DNA of 64,000 nucleotides from Methanobacteriota archaeon. Its GTDB lineage: Archaea; JAADCQ01; Methanopyri; Methanopyrales; Methanopyraceae. Position 1 is the first letter of the stretch; each line of letters starts with the position of its first letter. Made by a program: the position numbers and the translations under genes. Shown one piece after another: positions 27,212 through 36,978 of the stretch. Where the stretch lies: contig JAMOPO010000052.1 in the NCBI GenBank assembly GCA_027064425.1, positions 64,001 to 128,000 of the forward strand, read 5' to 3'. The notes under the pieces were generated by a model, which made no database searches, had not been told where the DNA came from, and worked only from the letters and a program-made list of their open reading frames with translations.

Positions 27212-28333
27212 CTACTCCCACCCCTGCCGGCGATCGCCCGAGCAGACTCTTCTCGGCTCGATCCCCCGGCACTCCAGCCAGTCCTTGAGCCGTCCGTGGA
27301 TGACGATCGGCACCCTACTCATCTCCTCGACGGACCTGCACCCCGCCATCATCATCGCGATCTTCACCTCCCGCGCCACGGTCTTCAGGAAGCGCACGCA
27401 CCCTGACACGCCCTCCGACAGCAGCTTCCTAAGCACCGGAAGGGCCATGCCCGCGCAGTCGCCGCCCAGCGCCAGCACCTTCGCCACGTCAAGTCCGCCC
27501 CGCACACCCCCCGTCCCGATCACCGGCATGTCAGGACCCACGACCCGCCTCACCTCGAGGATGGACGCGGCGGTCGGGACGCCCCACTCCGAGAACGAGT
27601 GCCCCACAGGCACCTCACCGTGAGCCTTGGAGCGGATGGCCTCCACCACCGCCCAGTTGGTCCCTCCGGCCCCACCCACGTCGATCCCGTCCACGAGGTC
27701 CTTGACGAGCTCCGCGTCCTCGGACGACACGCCCGCCCCCGTCTCCTTCAGCACCACCGGGACGTCGACCGCCTCCCGCACCTCCTCCAGCGTCTCCACG
27801 AACCCCGACGCGTCGGGCTCGCCCTCCAGCTGCACCGCCTCCTGCAGCACGTTCACGTGCACGGCCAGCGCGTCTGCATCCACCATGTCCACGACCTCGA
27901 TCGCCAGGTCCGGCCCGTTCTCCCGCAGCTGCTGCAGCCCTATGTTCGCCAGGATCAAGCCGTCCGGGTACTCCTCACGCACCACCTCGAACGTCCAGCG
28001 GACCTCCGGGTCCTCCACGCCGGCCCGCTGGCTCCCCACCCCGATCCCGATACCCAGCCTGCGCGCGACCACGCCCAGCTTCCGGTTTATCTCGCCCGTC
28101 TTGGGGTGACCGCCGGTCATGCCCGCGATGATGAGGGGGAAGGACAGCTCCTTACCGAACAGCCGCACGCTGGTGTCAACGTCGTCCATGTCCAGCTCCG
28201 GAAGCGCCCGGTGCACGAGCTGAACGCACTCGAAGAGCGGGCTCGTGTCGGCCTCCACGTCCTCCCAGACGCAGGCCAGCACGTGCTCCCACTTCCGCTC
28301 CCTAGTCCCGTTCCCGGACGACTCGCGTTCCAA
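27212..28333 (-). CDS. fni: Type 2 isopentenyl-diphosphate isomerase
   Basis: RKWEH, HRALPE, MTGG, GSQRA, KETGAG, GAGGTNW. Confidence 0.95.
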   Translation of the reverse strand: MERESSGNGTRERKWEHVLACVWEDVEADTSPLFECVQLVHRALPELDMDDVDTSVRLFGKELSFPLIIAGMTGGHPKTGEINRKLGVVARRLGIGIGVGSQRAGVEDPEVRWTFEVVREEYPDGLILANIGLQQLRENGPDLAIEVVDMVDADALAVHVNVLQEAVQLEGEPDASGFVETLEEVREAVDVPVVLKETGAGVSSEDAELVKDLVDGIDVGGAGGTNWAVVEAIRSKAHGEVPVGHSFSEWGVPTAASILEVRRVVGPDMPVIGTGGVRGGLDVAKVLALGGDCAGMALPVLRKLLSEGVSGCVRFLKTVAREVKIAMMMAGCRSVEEMSRVPIVIHGRLKDWLECRGIEPRRVCSGDRRQGWE

Positions 28334-29021
28334 CCCGCTTCCCCCGGAGGAACCTCTCGACGTTGTCCGGGTCGCTCGCGTCGAAGAGGAACACCTCCGC
28401 GCCCCGCTCCGCGATCCGAGCCGCCCGGAGCAGCTTCTCCGAGATCCCGCCGGTCACGTCCACCCCGGCCGCGCCATCCAGCTCCCGGGCCAGCTCCCGC
28501 GCCTCCTCCGGGGTCAGCTCCTTAAACGGCTCACCGACCCCGGGACGCTCCGGGTAAACACCGTCCACGTCCATCCCGAACCCTACCCGCTCCACCCGCA
28601 GGGTCGAAACGCGCTCCAGTATCTCATCCCCAGACATGATCCTGAACCCATCCTCCGCCGGCACCACGTCCCCGTAGAGCAGAGGGATGCAGTCGCGCTC
28701 GAGCACATCGATCACGACGTTCAGCGAGTGCAGCAGCACCGCGGGAGGTAGCGGGTAGACCCGGACCCCCGCCTCCACCGCCGCCTCCTCGAACACCCGG
28801 ACCAGCTCGTGCATCGCCCATCTAACCTTTGTAACACCCTCCTCCAACGACTCCACCTCGCTGGCCGCGTGGTGGCCGAAGGATCCCCCGCCGTGCACGA
28901 GGATCAGCCGACCCTCCCACCCCGCCAGCCTCTCTACCAGCTCCCTTATCAGCTCCTCCCGCGCGGTCATCGGCCGATTCTTGTCCGTGATCACGCTCCC
29001 ACCGAGCTTCAGGGCCAGCAG
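28302..29021 (-). CDS. ipk: Isopentenyl phosphate kinase (probable CTG start)
   Basis: LKLGGSVITDK, HGGGSFGH, SGD, DVTGGI; SD GGGGGGTG 7 nt before CTG at 29021. Confidence 0.9.
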   Translation of the reverse strand: MLALKLGGSVITDKNRPMTAREELIRELVERLAGWEGRLILVHGGGSFGHHAASEVESLEEGVTKVRWAMHELVRVFEEAAVEAGVRVYPLPPAVLLHSLNVVIDVLERDCIPLLYGDVVPAEDGFRIMSGDEILERVSTLRVERVGFGMDVDGVYPERPGVGEPFKELTPEEARELARELDGAAGVDVTGGISEKLLRAARIAERGAEVFLFDASDPDNVERFLRGKRVGTRVVRERD

Positions 29022-29035
29022 CCCGGAACACCCCC

Positions 29036-29098
29036 CGGGCGATGAGGATACCCGAGGCCTCGGGGACCGATGACCGAAGCGGTGGGCGACCGAGCCCG
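29036..29098 (+). ncRNA. Candidate box C/D guide sRNA
   Basis: Terminal stem CGGGC/GCCCG, C GCGATGA 29039, degenerate D', C' CCGATGA 29067, D CCGA 29090. Confidence 0.55.
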
Positions 29099-29111
29099 CG
29101 GGGGTGGCCCG

Positions 29112-30170
29112 TTGAAACCCGTCACCCTGGTCCGCCCCTCCGGCGAGACCACGGCCAAGAGCCCCGTCGTCCGCAAGACGCTGCTCGGCGAACTCGCCTC
29201 CCGGCTCGAGCGCCGGACGGGCGAGGTCGTGCGCGTGAAGGGACCCCGGCTGATCGTCCGCGGTCACCACGAGGAGGAGGCCGCGCGGGAGTTCGGGGTT
29301 GCCGGCGCCCTCCCGGGCTACGAGGTCAGGCCCAAGCCCTCGGTCATCTTAAAGGCATTTAGGCGGGTGCTCAAGGACAGCCCGAAGCGCGTGCGGCTCG
29401 ACGTACGGGTTCACCACGAGGGCATCTCCGGGAAGTCCCTCTACAGCTCCGCCAAGGAGGTGGCGGAGGCCTCCGGACACACCGTCACCAAGGGCGGCTC
29501 CCGCGTGCTCATCGAGGTCTACGACGACGTCGCCTACGTGTGCGGCCCGGAGGAGCCCGGTCCCGAGGGGCTCCCCGTCGGCACCCAGGGCAGCGCTCTG
29601 GTGCTCCTGTCCGGCGGCTTCGACAGCCCCGTGGCCGCCTGGATGGCCATGAGGAGGGGGCTCCAGTGCCGCGGCCTTCACTTCTTCGTGACCGAGTCCG
29701 AGCTCGAGGCGGCGGAGGAGAACGAGAAGATCCTCCGGAGATGGGACCCCGGGTTCGAGCTGCACGTCGACGAGTCGCACCGCGAGTTCCTGGAAACGGC
29801 CGAGGAGCGGCTCTCCGGCCGGCTCGAGCGCTACCTGTGCGTCGTCTGCAAGATGCGCATGATCGAGCGCGCCTGCGAGTGGGCCGAGAAGCTGGAGTGC
29901 GAGTGCTTGGTGACCGGCGACTCGTTGGGCCAGGTGGCGAGTCAGACGGTGTGGAACCTCCGGCTCGAGGAGCGAGTGGCGAACCTGCCGGTCTTCCGAC
30001 CACTTATAGGCATGAACAAGCCCGAGATAGTCCGGTACGGGCGCGACATCGGGGTGCCCCAGCGGGACGCGGGTCGATGCCCGTTCGTTCCCGACAAGCC
30101 GGTCGTCAAGCCCCGGGAGCGGGAGGCACTCCGCGCCTACCGCCGGGTGGTCCAGGGGGAAGGTCGGTAG
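29112..30170 (+). CDS. thiI: tRNA 4-thiouridine synthase ThiI-like (THUMP + PP-loop)
   Basis: GLPVGTQG, LLSGGFDSPVA, CVVCK, TGDSLGQVASQT, RPLIG.NK; TTG at 29112. Confidence 0.88.
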   Translation: MKPVTLVRPSGETTAKSPVVRKTLLGELASRLERRTGEVVRVKGPRLIVRGHHEEEAAREFGVAGALPGYEVRPKPSVILKAFRRVLKDSPKRVRLDVRVHHEGISGKSLYSSAKEVAEASGHTVTKGGSRVLIEVYDDVAYVCGPEEPGPEGLPVGTQGSALVLLSGGFDSPVAAWMAMRRGLQCRGLHFFVTESELEAAEENEKILRRWDPGFELHVDESHREFLETAEERLSGRLERYLCVVCKMRMIERACEWAEKLECECLVTGDSLGQVASQTVWNLRLEERVANLPVFRPLIGMNKPEIVRYGRDIGVPQRDAGRCPFVPDKPVVKPREREALRAYRRVVQGEGR

Positions 30171-30228
30171 GGTTACTAATCCTTCCGGCCCCGGTGGTCT
30201 CGCCCGACCCGAGGGGCCTCGCCTGCCC

Positions 30229-31134
30229 ATGGGCGAGGAGTCTCGAGAGCCCGAGGAGCCCAGGCTCGGTGTCCTGACCCGGCACAAGGTGTCCGATTTC
30301 GTTCGGCACGGAGCCATCTCCGTCAGTCCCGACGAGCCGCTGTGGAACGCCCTCAAGGCGATGGTTACGCACGACATCTGCGGCGTCGCGGTGATGGATG
30401 GGTCGGAGATCGTTGGCGTGTTCGAGGAAGACGACTTGCTCCGCGCGCTTCGAGCGCTCGAGGGCGAGGCGCTTGCGGCCGAGGTAAGGCGGTTCATGAA
30501 GCCCGGCGTGGTGGTCCGGTCGGACGACACGCTGCGAGACGCGATGGTGGAGATGCTGAAGGGTGGGGCCACCCGGGCGTTCGTGCGCTCCTCGGGCCTC
30601 ATCCGCGGTGGTGTGTACGGGGTCATCTCGGCCTCGGATATCGTGCGCGTGCTGACGGGCGACTACCGCGGAACCCGCGTCCCGAAGACCGACCGGCCCG
30701 TGGCGCTGCCCCCGCGCATCAACGCTCTCAGGGCCGCCGGGGACGTGCTGGTTGAGGACATCGTGAAGGCGTCGCCGCTGACGCTCGACGCCTCGAGCTC
30801 CGTGGCTGACGTCGCCCGGCGCATCAGCGAGTCCGGCAGGCGCTACGCGGTCCTGCTCGAGCGCGAGTCTCCGATCGGGCGCATCGGCGACCGGGACGTG
30901 ATGGGTGCAACCTTAGACGCGATTTTAGACCGGCGGAACCTGGACGATCTCGCGGCGAGGGACTACCTGCAAGAGATAGTGACCGCGGCTCCCGACACGC
31001 TACTTTCCGAGGCCTTGTGGGAGGTCGTCGACAGGATGTCGGATCGAATATACGTGATCGAAGGTAAGGCTCTAGTCGGGGTAATACCGCTGATAGATGC
31101 CGTTTACACACTGGCCAAGCTGGCGAGTGAGTGA
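30229..31134 (+). CDS. CBS-domain protein (two CBS pairs)
   Basis: Repeated CBS motifs (VSPDEPL..A, IVGVF, YGVISASDI, LVGVI). Confidence 0.8.
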   Translation: MGEESREPEEPRLGVLTRHKVSDFVRHGAISVSPDEPLWNALKAMVTHDICGVAVMDGSEIVGVFEEDDLLRALRALEGEALAAEVRRFMKPGVVVRSDDTLRDAMVEMLKGGATRAFVRSSGLIRGGVYGVISASDIVRVLTGDYRGTRVPKTDRPVALPPRINALRAAGDVLVEDIVKASPLTLDASSSVADVARRISESGRRYAVLLERESPIGRIGDRDVMGATLDAILDRRNLDDLAARDYLQEIVTAAPDTLLSEALWEVVDRMSDRIYVIEGKALVGVIPLIDAVYTLAKLASE

Positions 31135-31189
31135 ACGCTTCGAAGGAGTCGGCCGGGCGGGAGTGAGGCTGGTTGAGGGGGAGTGAGCA

Positions 31190-32392
31190 ATGGCTAACCT
31201 GGACTGCTGCGTGGTGAGCGGTGACGACCCCAGAGGCGTCGCGGAAGAAACCGTCAGCAGGCTCGGTGATAGGGCCGACTTCGGGGTCGTCTTCTTTCAC
31301 GACGTGGATCCCGAGGACGTCGTCTCCGAGCTAAGTCACGGGGTCGAGCGGTTCATCGGCTGCGTGGCCGCGGAGGGGCACTGGCCGGGGTCGGTTAGGG
31401 GACACAGGATCAGCCTACTCGCGCTGAAAACGGGGTGGATGGCGAAGTTCGGCACGGGAGGCTCCACGCACCGTGACCTCGGGAGGGCCTCGCGCAGCGC
31501 GATGGAGGAGGCTCTCCGTGACCTAGAATTCGACCCCTACGACGTCTCCTACTCGGCGCTGAACCTCAGAGACCCCAAGAAGATAGCCACGTATCGGCCC
31601 GTCATCGGGATGGCCCTCGTCGACGGGGTCGCGTTCCATAACTCGGGTGGGACGGGGCTGGAGGTCCTCTCCGGTTTCCAGATCGGGAGCGGGCCGGGCG
31701 CCGAGAACGTCCGCACGTTCGGCGCGCTGTCGAGCGACCCGGAGTTCGAGAGCGCTCCGGTGGTATGCGACAAGGGGGTCTTCGAGCGCGGGATCGTTTA
31801 CGCGGCCATCTCTACGTTCCTGAAGGTAGATTGGTCCTCCGCCTCCTCCCTGAAGCCGGTGGCGGAGCTGGGCACGGTGACCGAGAGCGAGCGGAACGTG
31901 ATCGTGGAGATCGACGGTAGGCCGGCCGGTGAGGTTTACCTGGAGAAGCTGGAGGAGATCATCGGGGATGGAGAGGACGTCCCGTGCGGCGGCGAGCACG
32001 TTTACAAGGACTTTCCGCCCGTCGGGGTGGCCAGGGTCCTGCCCCCGATCGGTCGGCGGATCACCCCCAGAACGCCGCTGGAGGTCACCGAGGATTACAT
32101 ACGAACGGCCGGTTACGTGGTGGAGGGAGAGCGGCTCCTCCTGCTCGAGTTCGAGCGGCGCCCGAACGCGCCGATGGAGGCGTACCGGGAGTCCCTCAGC
32201 TCCGGCGGCGAGCCGCTCGCCTCCGTGCTGGCGACGTGCGCCGGTCGTAAGCCGCTGCGGGAGAAGCTGCCGGATAGGCACTGCGTGGGCATGTACTCGT
32301 TCGGGGAGATCGCTCCGACCGCCGGCTGCAACGAGTTCTACAATCACGCCTCCGTGTGCCTGACGATCTTCCGAGAGCCCGTGTTCGAGTGA
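31190..32392 (+). CDS. FIST-domain protein
   Basis: LVDG, IVEIDGRPA, TCAGR, GMYSFGEI, FYNH. Confidence 0.82.
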   Translation: MANLDCCVVSGDDPRGVAEETVSRLGDRADFGVVFFHDVDPEDVVSELSHGVERFIGCVAAEGHWPGSVRGHRISLLALKTGWMAKFGTGGSTHRDLGRASRSAMEEALRDLEFDPYDVSYSALNLRDPKKIATYRPVIGMALVDGVAFHNSGGTGLEVLSGFQIGSGPGAENVRTFGALSSDPEFESAPVVCDKGVFERGIVYAAISTFLKVDWSSASSLKPVAELGTVTESERNVIVEIDGRPAGEVYLEKLEEIIGDGEDVPCGGEHVYKDFPPVGVARVLPPIGRRITPRTPLEVTEDYIRTAGYVVEGERLLLLEFERRPNAPMEAYRESLSSGGEPLASVLATCAGRKPLREKLPDRHCVGMYSFGEIAPTAGCNEFYNHASVCLTIFREPVFE

Positions 32393-32441
32393 CCGGCAAA
32401 GTGATAATCCCCGCGGTCCGGGCGGCCCGGGGTCGCGGGCG

Positions 32442-32954
32442 TTGAGGGAGGTGATCCGGGGCCGAGTCTGGGTCTTCGGTGACAACATCGACACGGATCA
32501 GATCATCCCGGGCCGGTACCTGACCACGCAGGACCCGGAGGAGCTGGCGAAGCACGTGATGGAGGGCGCGGACCCGGAGTTCCCGGAGAAGGTCCGGGAG
32601 GGTGACATCATCGTCGCGGGCCGGAACTTCGGGTGCGGCTCCTCCCGGGAGCACGCGCCGATCGCGCTCAAGGCGGCGGGGATCGCGTGCGTGGTCGCCG
32701 AGTCCTTCGCCCGAATCTTCTACCGGAACGCCGTGAACCTGGGGCTACCCCTGATTACCTGCCCGGGCGTCGCCGACGCGTTCGAGACGGGGCACGAGGC
32801 GGAGGTCCGACTGACCGAGGGCGTGATTCGGAACCTCACGACCGGAGAGGAGCTGGAGGCGAAGCCGCTCCCGGAGTTCATGATGAGGATCCTCGAGGCG
32901 GGCGGGCTGGTTGAGCTGATCCGTGAGCATGGGCCGGAGGCGCTGGAGGGGTGA
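32442..32954 (+). CDS. leuD: 3-isopropylmalate dehydratase/homoaconitase small subunit
   Basis: GDNIDTDQIIPGRYL, NFGCGSSREHA, SFARIFYRNA; could be the hacB/dmdB paralogue. Confidence 0.9.
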   Translation: MREVIRGRVWVFGDNIDTDQIIPGRYLTTQDPEELAKHVMEGADPEFPEKVREGDIIVAGRNFGCGSSREHAPIALKAAGIACVVAESFARIFYRNAVNLGLPLITCPGVADAFETGHEAEVRLTEGVIRNLTTGEELEAKPLPEFMMRILEAGGLVELIREHGPEALEG

Positions 32955-32958
32955 TCCC

Positions 32959-33966
32959 GTGTACGAGATCGCGGTGGTGCCCGGGGACGGGATCGGCCCC
33001 GAGGTCATCGAGGCCGCTCTTCACGTGATCGACCCCCTGATCGACGCCGAGTTCGTGGAGTGCGAGGCGGGTGACGAGTGCGCGGAGAAGCGCGGCGATC
33101 CGCTGCCCGAGGAGACGCTGGAGACCTGCCGCGAGGCCGACGCGGTGCTGTTCGGGGCCGCCGGTGAGACCGCGGCCGACGTCATCGTCCGCCTGCGGCA
33201 GGAGCTGGACCTGTACGCGAACGTTCGGCCCGTCCGCGGCTTTGAGGGCCTGCGGGAGCTCACGGGCGAGCCGTACGTGCGCGACGACGTCGACCTCGTG
33301 ATCGTGCGCGAGAACACGGAGGGCCTGTACTCCGGCGTGGAGGGGCGCTTCCGGGACGCTGCCTACACGCTGAGGATCATCACGGAGGAGGGCGCCAGGC
33401 GGATCGCGGAGATCGCGTGCGACATCGCCGAGGACCGCGGCGCCGACACGGTGACCTGCGTGCACAAGGCGAACGTGATGCGGGAAACGTGCGGCCTATT
33501 CCGGGACGTCTGCAAGGAGGTCGTCGAGGAGCGGGGCCTGAAGTTCGAGGAATACTACGTGGACGCCGCCGCCATGTTCCTGATCACCGAGCCCGAGCGC
33601 TTCGACGTGATGGTCACGCCGAACATGTTCGGCGACATCCTCTCGGACGAGGCCGCGGCACTCGTCGGCGGACTGGGGCTGGCGCCGAGCGCGAACCTGG
33701 GTGAGGAGCACGCGCTGTTCGAGCCGGTGCACGGGTCCGCGCCCGACATCGCCGGCAAGGGCATCGCCAACCCCATCGCCGCCATCCTCTCCGCCGCCAT
33801 GATGCTCGAGTGGCTCGGGGAGAAGGAGGCGGCGGAGGCCGTCTGGGAGGCCGTCGGCGACGCCATCCGGGAGAGGTGCGTGACCCCTGACCTGGGCGGA
33901 GACAAGCGGACGATGGAGGTTGCCGAGTTCATCCGTGAGCGGGCGCTCAGCCGGGTCGAGAGCTAG
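32959..33966 (+). CDS. Isopropylmalate/homoisocitrate dehydrogenase family protein
   Basis: PGDGIGPEV, RENTEGLY, HKANV, NMFGDILSD, EPVHGSAPDIAG; leuB versus aksF not resolved. Confidence 0.93.
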   Translation: MYEIAVVPGDGIGPEVIEAALHVIDPLIDAEFVECEAGDECAEKRGDPLPEETLETCREADAVLFGAAGETAADVIVRLRQELDLYANVRPVRGFEGLRELTGEPYVRDDVDLVIVRENTEGLYSGVEGRFRDAAYTLRIITEEGARRIAEIACDIAEDRGADTVTCVHKANVMRETCGLFRDVCKEVVEERGLKFEEYYVDAAAMFLITEPERFDVMVTPNMFGDILSDEAAALVGGLGLAPSANLGEEHALFEPVHGSAPDIAGKGIANPIAAILSAAMMLEWLGEKEAAEAVWEAVGDAIRERCVTPDLGGDKRTMEVAEFIRERALSRVES

Positions 33967-34252
33967 CCCCGCCGGCTCCCCCGGCCCTCCCTTTCCCACC
34001 CCCGGTCACGCCCTGTGAGGACTCACCGCTTCCCGTCACACCGACGTCCTTCACGTTCGTCCTGCCCGCTATCTGCGAGGGTGAGAGCGGGTGGGGCTTC
34101 CTGTGCTCCAGCTCCGGGGGCAGCTTCACGACCTCCCGCGACCGCTTCTCCTCGATCTCTTTCTTGACGGGTGAAACGCTGATGAACCCGGCCGCGGCAC
34201 CCACCAGGAACCCGAAGGCGGCGACCAGCTTCAGGAGCGTGTGCGTGCTCAT
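33947..34252 (-). CDS. Small membrane-anchored hypothetical protein
   Basis: ATG at 34252 with GGGAGG SD; N-terminal TM helix; Gly/Ser-rich tail. Confidence 0.5.
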   Translation of the reverse strand: MSTHTLLKLVAAFGFLVGAAAGFISVSPVKKEIEEKRSREVVKLPPELEHRKPHPLSPSQIAGRTNVKDVGVTGSGESSQGVTGGGKGRAGGAGGASSRPG

Positions 34253-34278
34253 CCTCCCGATCACCCGGGGTCCCGCTC

Positions 34279-34989
34279 ATGCCGTCCGTCAAAATGACCA
34301 TCGGGGCCCGCGGGGCCGCGGAGGCCGCGCTCAACGATGACGTCGTGATCATCGTGGACGTCGTCAACACCTCCTCCGCCGCCGAGGTCGCCCTCCGGGG
34401 CGGCGCCGTGGCCGTGATCGGGGCGGCCCCCGACCGCGCCTACGAGGTGCTGGTGAAGAAGCGGGCCACGAAGTACCCGTTCGCGGACACCCCGAAGGGC
34501 GTCGACCCGGTGGAGCGCGGCCGCGAGGCCGGAAAGATCGCGCTGGAAAACGACACCGAGGTCGTCCTGGTCGTGGACGGTGGCGAGGAGAACGCCAGCA
34601 TGGCCGCGCAGGGCGTGGAGGAGGTGGGGGCCGAAATCGCCGAGATCGTCCCCAACGCGGGACCGCGCATCAAGGACGTGGTCGACCTGTCCGACCGAGT
34701 CTTCCTCTTCGCCACCGCGACGGGCGGCACGCTGTACGACGTGGCCCGCACGCACGGGGCGCCCGCCGTCACCTTCGGGACGGTCGTGCGGCGCTCCCTT
34801 ATCCGGGCGTGCGCGGAGCGGGCCATCCGGCTCGCTGAGCGCCACAACGCCGGGATCTCCGTCGTCGTCTCCTCCATCTTCGCCCCCGAGGACCTCGACG
34901 CGGGCGCCAGGATTTTCGAAGAGGTGTGCAAGATCATCACTGAGGGCGTCTGCGAGGAGCGGTTCGAGGAGGTCGTCAGCTCGCTTTAG
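34279..34989 (+). CDS. ComB-like (2-phosphosulfolactate phosphatase family) protein
   Basis: [24 protein letters not shown]. Confidence 0.65.
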   Translation: MPSVKMTIGARGAAEAALNDDVVIIVDVVNTSSAAEVALRGGAVAVIGAAPDRAYEVLVKKRATKYPFADTPKGVDPVERGREAGKIALENDTEVVLVVDGGEENASMAAQGVEEVGAEIAEIVPNAGPRIKDVVDLSDRVFLFATATGGTLYDVARTHGAPAVTFGTVVRRSLIRACAERAIRLAERHNAGISVVVSSIFAPEDLDAGARIFEEVCKIITEGVCEERFEEVVSSL

Positions 34990-35000
34990 GGGGACTCGGG

Positions 35001-36209
35001 TTGGGTTACATCGACAAGTACCCGGACGAGAACGGCTACTTCGGCGAGTACGGCGGCCGGTTCGTGCCCGAGACGCTCATGCCCGCGCTCGAGGAGCTGG
35101 AGGACGCGTTCAGGGAGGCGCGTGAGGATCCCGGCTTCTGGGAGGAGCTCGAGGAGTTGTGGAGGAAGTACGCGGGCCGGCCGACCCCTCTTTACTACGC
35201 CAGGAACCTGTCCCGCCGGCTCGGGGTGAAGGTGTACCTCAAGCGGGAGGACCTCGTGCACGGGGGCGCGCATAAGCTCAACAACACGCTGGGCCAGGCC
35301 CTGCTGGCCGATCGAATGGGCAAGGATCGGCTCATCGCCGAGACGGGTGCGGGTCAGCACGGTCTCGCCACGGCGATGGCGGGCGCGGCCCTGGGCAAGA
35401 AGGTCGAGATCTACATGGGCGCGGTGGACGTGAAGAGGCAGAGGCACAACGTGTTCAGGATGGAGCTGATGGGGGCCAAGGTTCACCCCGTCAAGTCCGG
35501 AACGCAGACGCTGAAGGATGCCATCAACGAGGCCCTCCGGGACTGGATCACGAACTTGGAGACCACGCACTACCTCCTCGGCTCCGTCGTGGGCCCGCAC
35601 CCGTACCCCTGGATGGTCCGCGAGTTCCAGCGCGTAATCGGCCGGGAGACCAAGCAGCAGATCCAGGAGCTGGAGGGGGGCCTGCCGGACGCGATCGTGG
35701 CCTGCACGGGCGGCGGCAGCAACTCGATCGGGATCTTCTACGACTTCCTGGACGACGAGGAGGTCGCCCTGTACGCCGTCGAGGCCGCGGGTAAAGGGCT
35801 GGACACCGGGGAGCACGCGGCCTCCCTGTGCGCGGGCAAGACCGGCGTCCTGCACGGGTGCCGGACCAAGGTTCTGCAGGACGAGAACGGGCAGATCAAG
35901 ACCACGCACAGCATCGCGCCGGGTCTCGACTACCCCGGGGTCGGCCCCGAGCTGGCGTTCCTGGTCGACGAGGGCCGCGTCATCGCGGACGCGGTCACCG
36001 ATGAGGAGGCGCTCAAAGGCTTCGTGATGCTCAACGAAACCGAGGGCATCCTGCCGGCGCTTGAGTCCGCGCACGCGATTTATTACGTCAAGAAGCTGGT
36101 GGACCGGGGCGAGCTGGACCACGGCGACGTCGTGGTCGTCAACCTGTCTGGCCGCGGGGATAAGGACGTGAAGATCGCGGCGAGGGAGCTGGGCGTGTCC
36201 ATCGACTAG
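35001..36209 (+). CDS. trpB: Tryptophan synthase beta chain
   Basis: [40 protein letters not shown]. Confidence 0.97.
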   Translation: MGYIDKYPDENGYFGEYGGRFVPETLMPALEELEDAFREAREDPGFWEELEELWRKYAGRPTPLYYARNLSRRLGVKVYLKREDLVHGGAHKLNNTLGQALLADRMGKDRLIAETGAGQHGLATAMAGAALGKKVEIYMGAVDVKRQRHNVFRMELMGAKVHPVKSGTQTLKDAINEALRDWITNLETTHYLLGSVVGPHPYPWMVREFQRVIGRETKQQIQELEGGLPDAIVACTGGGSNSIGIFYDFLDDEEVALYAVEAAGKGLDTGEHAASLCAGKTGVLHGCRTKVLQDENGQIKTTHSIAPGLDYPGVGPELAFLVDEGRVIADAVTDEEALKGFVMLNETEGILPALESAHAIYYVKKLVDRGELDHGDVVVVNLSGRGDKDVKIAARELGVSID

Positions 36210-36212
36210 ACT

Positions 36213-36599
36213 TCACTTGGGCCTGATCCGGAACTCGCAGTGGTCGTCCCCCGCCAGCCGGCAGCGCTCCTCGCTGACCTCCATCTCGGTCTCGTAGTAC
36301 AGCTCCGCGAGCCTGCGGAAGAGCGCCGCCTCAAACCGACACGCCGGGGAACCCTCCACGTCGATGTCCGGGTTCTCCTCGTAGAAGTCCGCCGTGACCG
36401 TGGTCTCCACCCGGACCACGATCTCCTCCACGCTGCCGCCGCTCTTCTTCACCTCGATGTCCACGCCGTCCATTCCGAGGCCCTCGAGCGTTTCAATCAG
36501 CTCGTCAATGGAGTCCCAGCCTTTCCGGAAGATAATCTCGGCGAACTCCTCACCCTTCTCCTCCGACTCCTCCTCCAGCTCGTCAAACGACAGCTTCAA
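36213..36599 (-). CDS. V4R-domain protein
   Basis: PACRFEA..EERCRLAGDDHCEF; TTG at 36599 with GGGGTG SD. Confidence 0.75.
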   Translation of the reverse strand: MKLSFDELEEESEEKGEEFAEIIFRKGWDSIDELIETLEGLGMDGVDIEVKKSGGSVEEIVVRVETTVTADFYEENPDIDVEGSPACRFEAALFRRLAELYYETEMEVSEERCRLAGDDHCEFRIRPK

Positions 36600-36612
36600 G
36601 GGGGCGCACCCC

Positions 36613-36978
36613 GTGCGGTACTTCGAGAATATTACGGACCGGGAGCGCGCCATCTTCGAGGCCGGCATCACCCTCGGCGCGATCTATCATCAATTCTCCG
36701 GTACGCCGGTATCGCCGGAGACGGCGGACGAGGTGGCGCGGTGCATCGAGCGCGCCGCGGAGCTGCAGCCCTGCGTCGAGCGGGCCGAGGTGGACATCGA
36801 GGTGGAGGAGAACGACACCGACAACTACGGCGGGTACACCGAGGTCTCGGGCCGCAACCTCCGCGTTCGCCTGGTCACCAGGTGCGGGGACTGGGAGGCC
36901 GTGGCCCGGCTGGAGTTCGTCGAGGAGCTCAACTACCCGCTGATGTGGATCGAGGAGGTCAGGAGGGTGCGCGATTGA
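36613..36978 (+). CDS. mptD: Archaeal dihydroneopterin aldolase
   Basis: YF..ITDRERAIFEAGITLGAIYHQFSGTPV, GYTE, LNYPLM. Confidence 0.9.
   Translation: MRYFENITDRERAIFEAGITLGAIYHQFSGTPVSPETADEVARCIERAAELQPCVERAEVDIEVEENDTDNYGGYTEVSGRNLRVRLVTRCGDWEAVARLEFVEELNYPLMWIEEVRRVRD

Noticed and set aside
30171-32441. Short spacers at 30171-30228, 31135-31189 and 32393-32441 checked for C/D or H/ACA RNAs
   Set aside because: No complete, correctly spaced set of boxes
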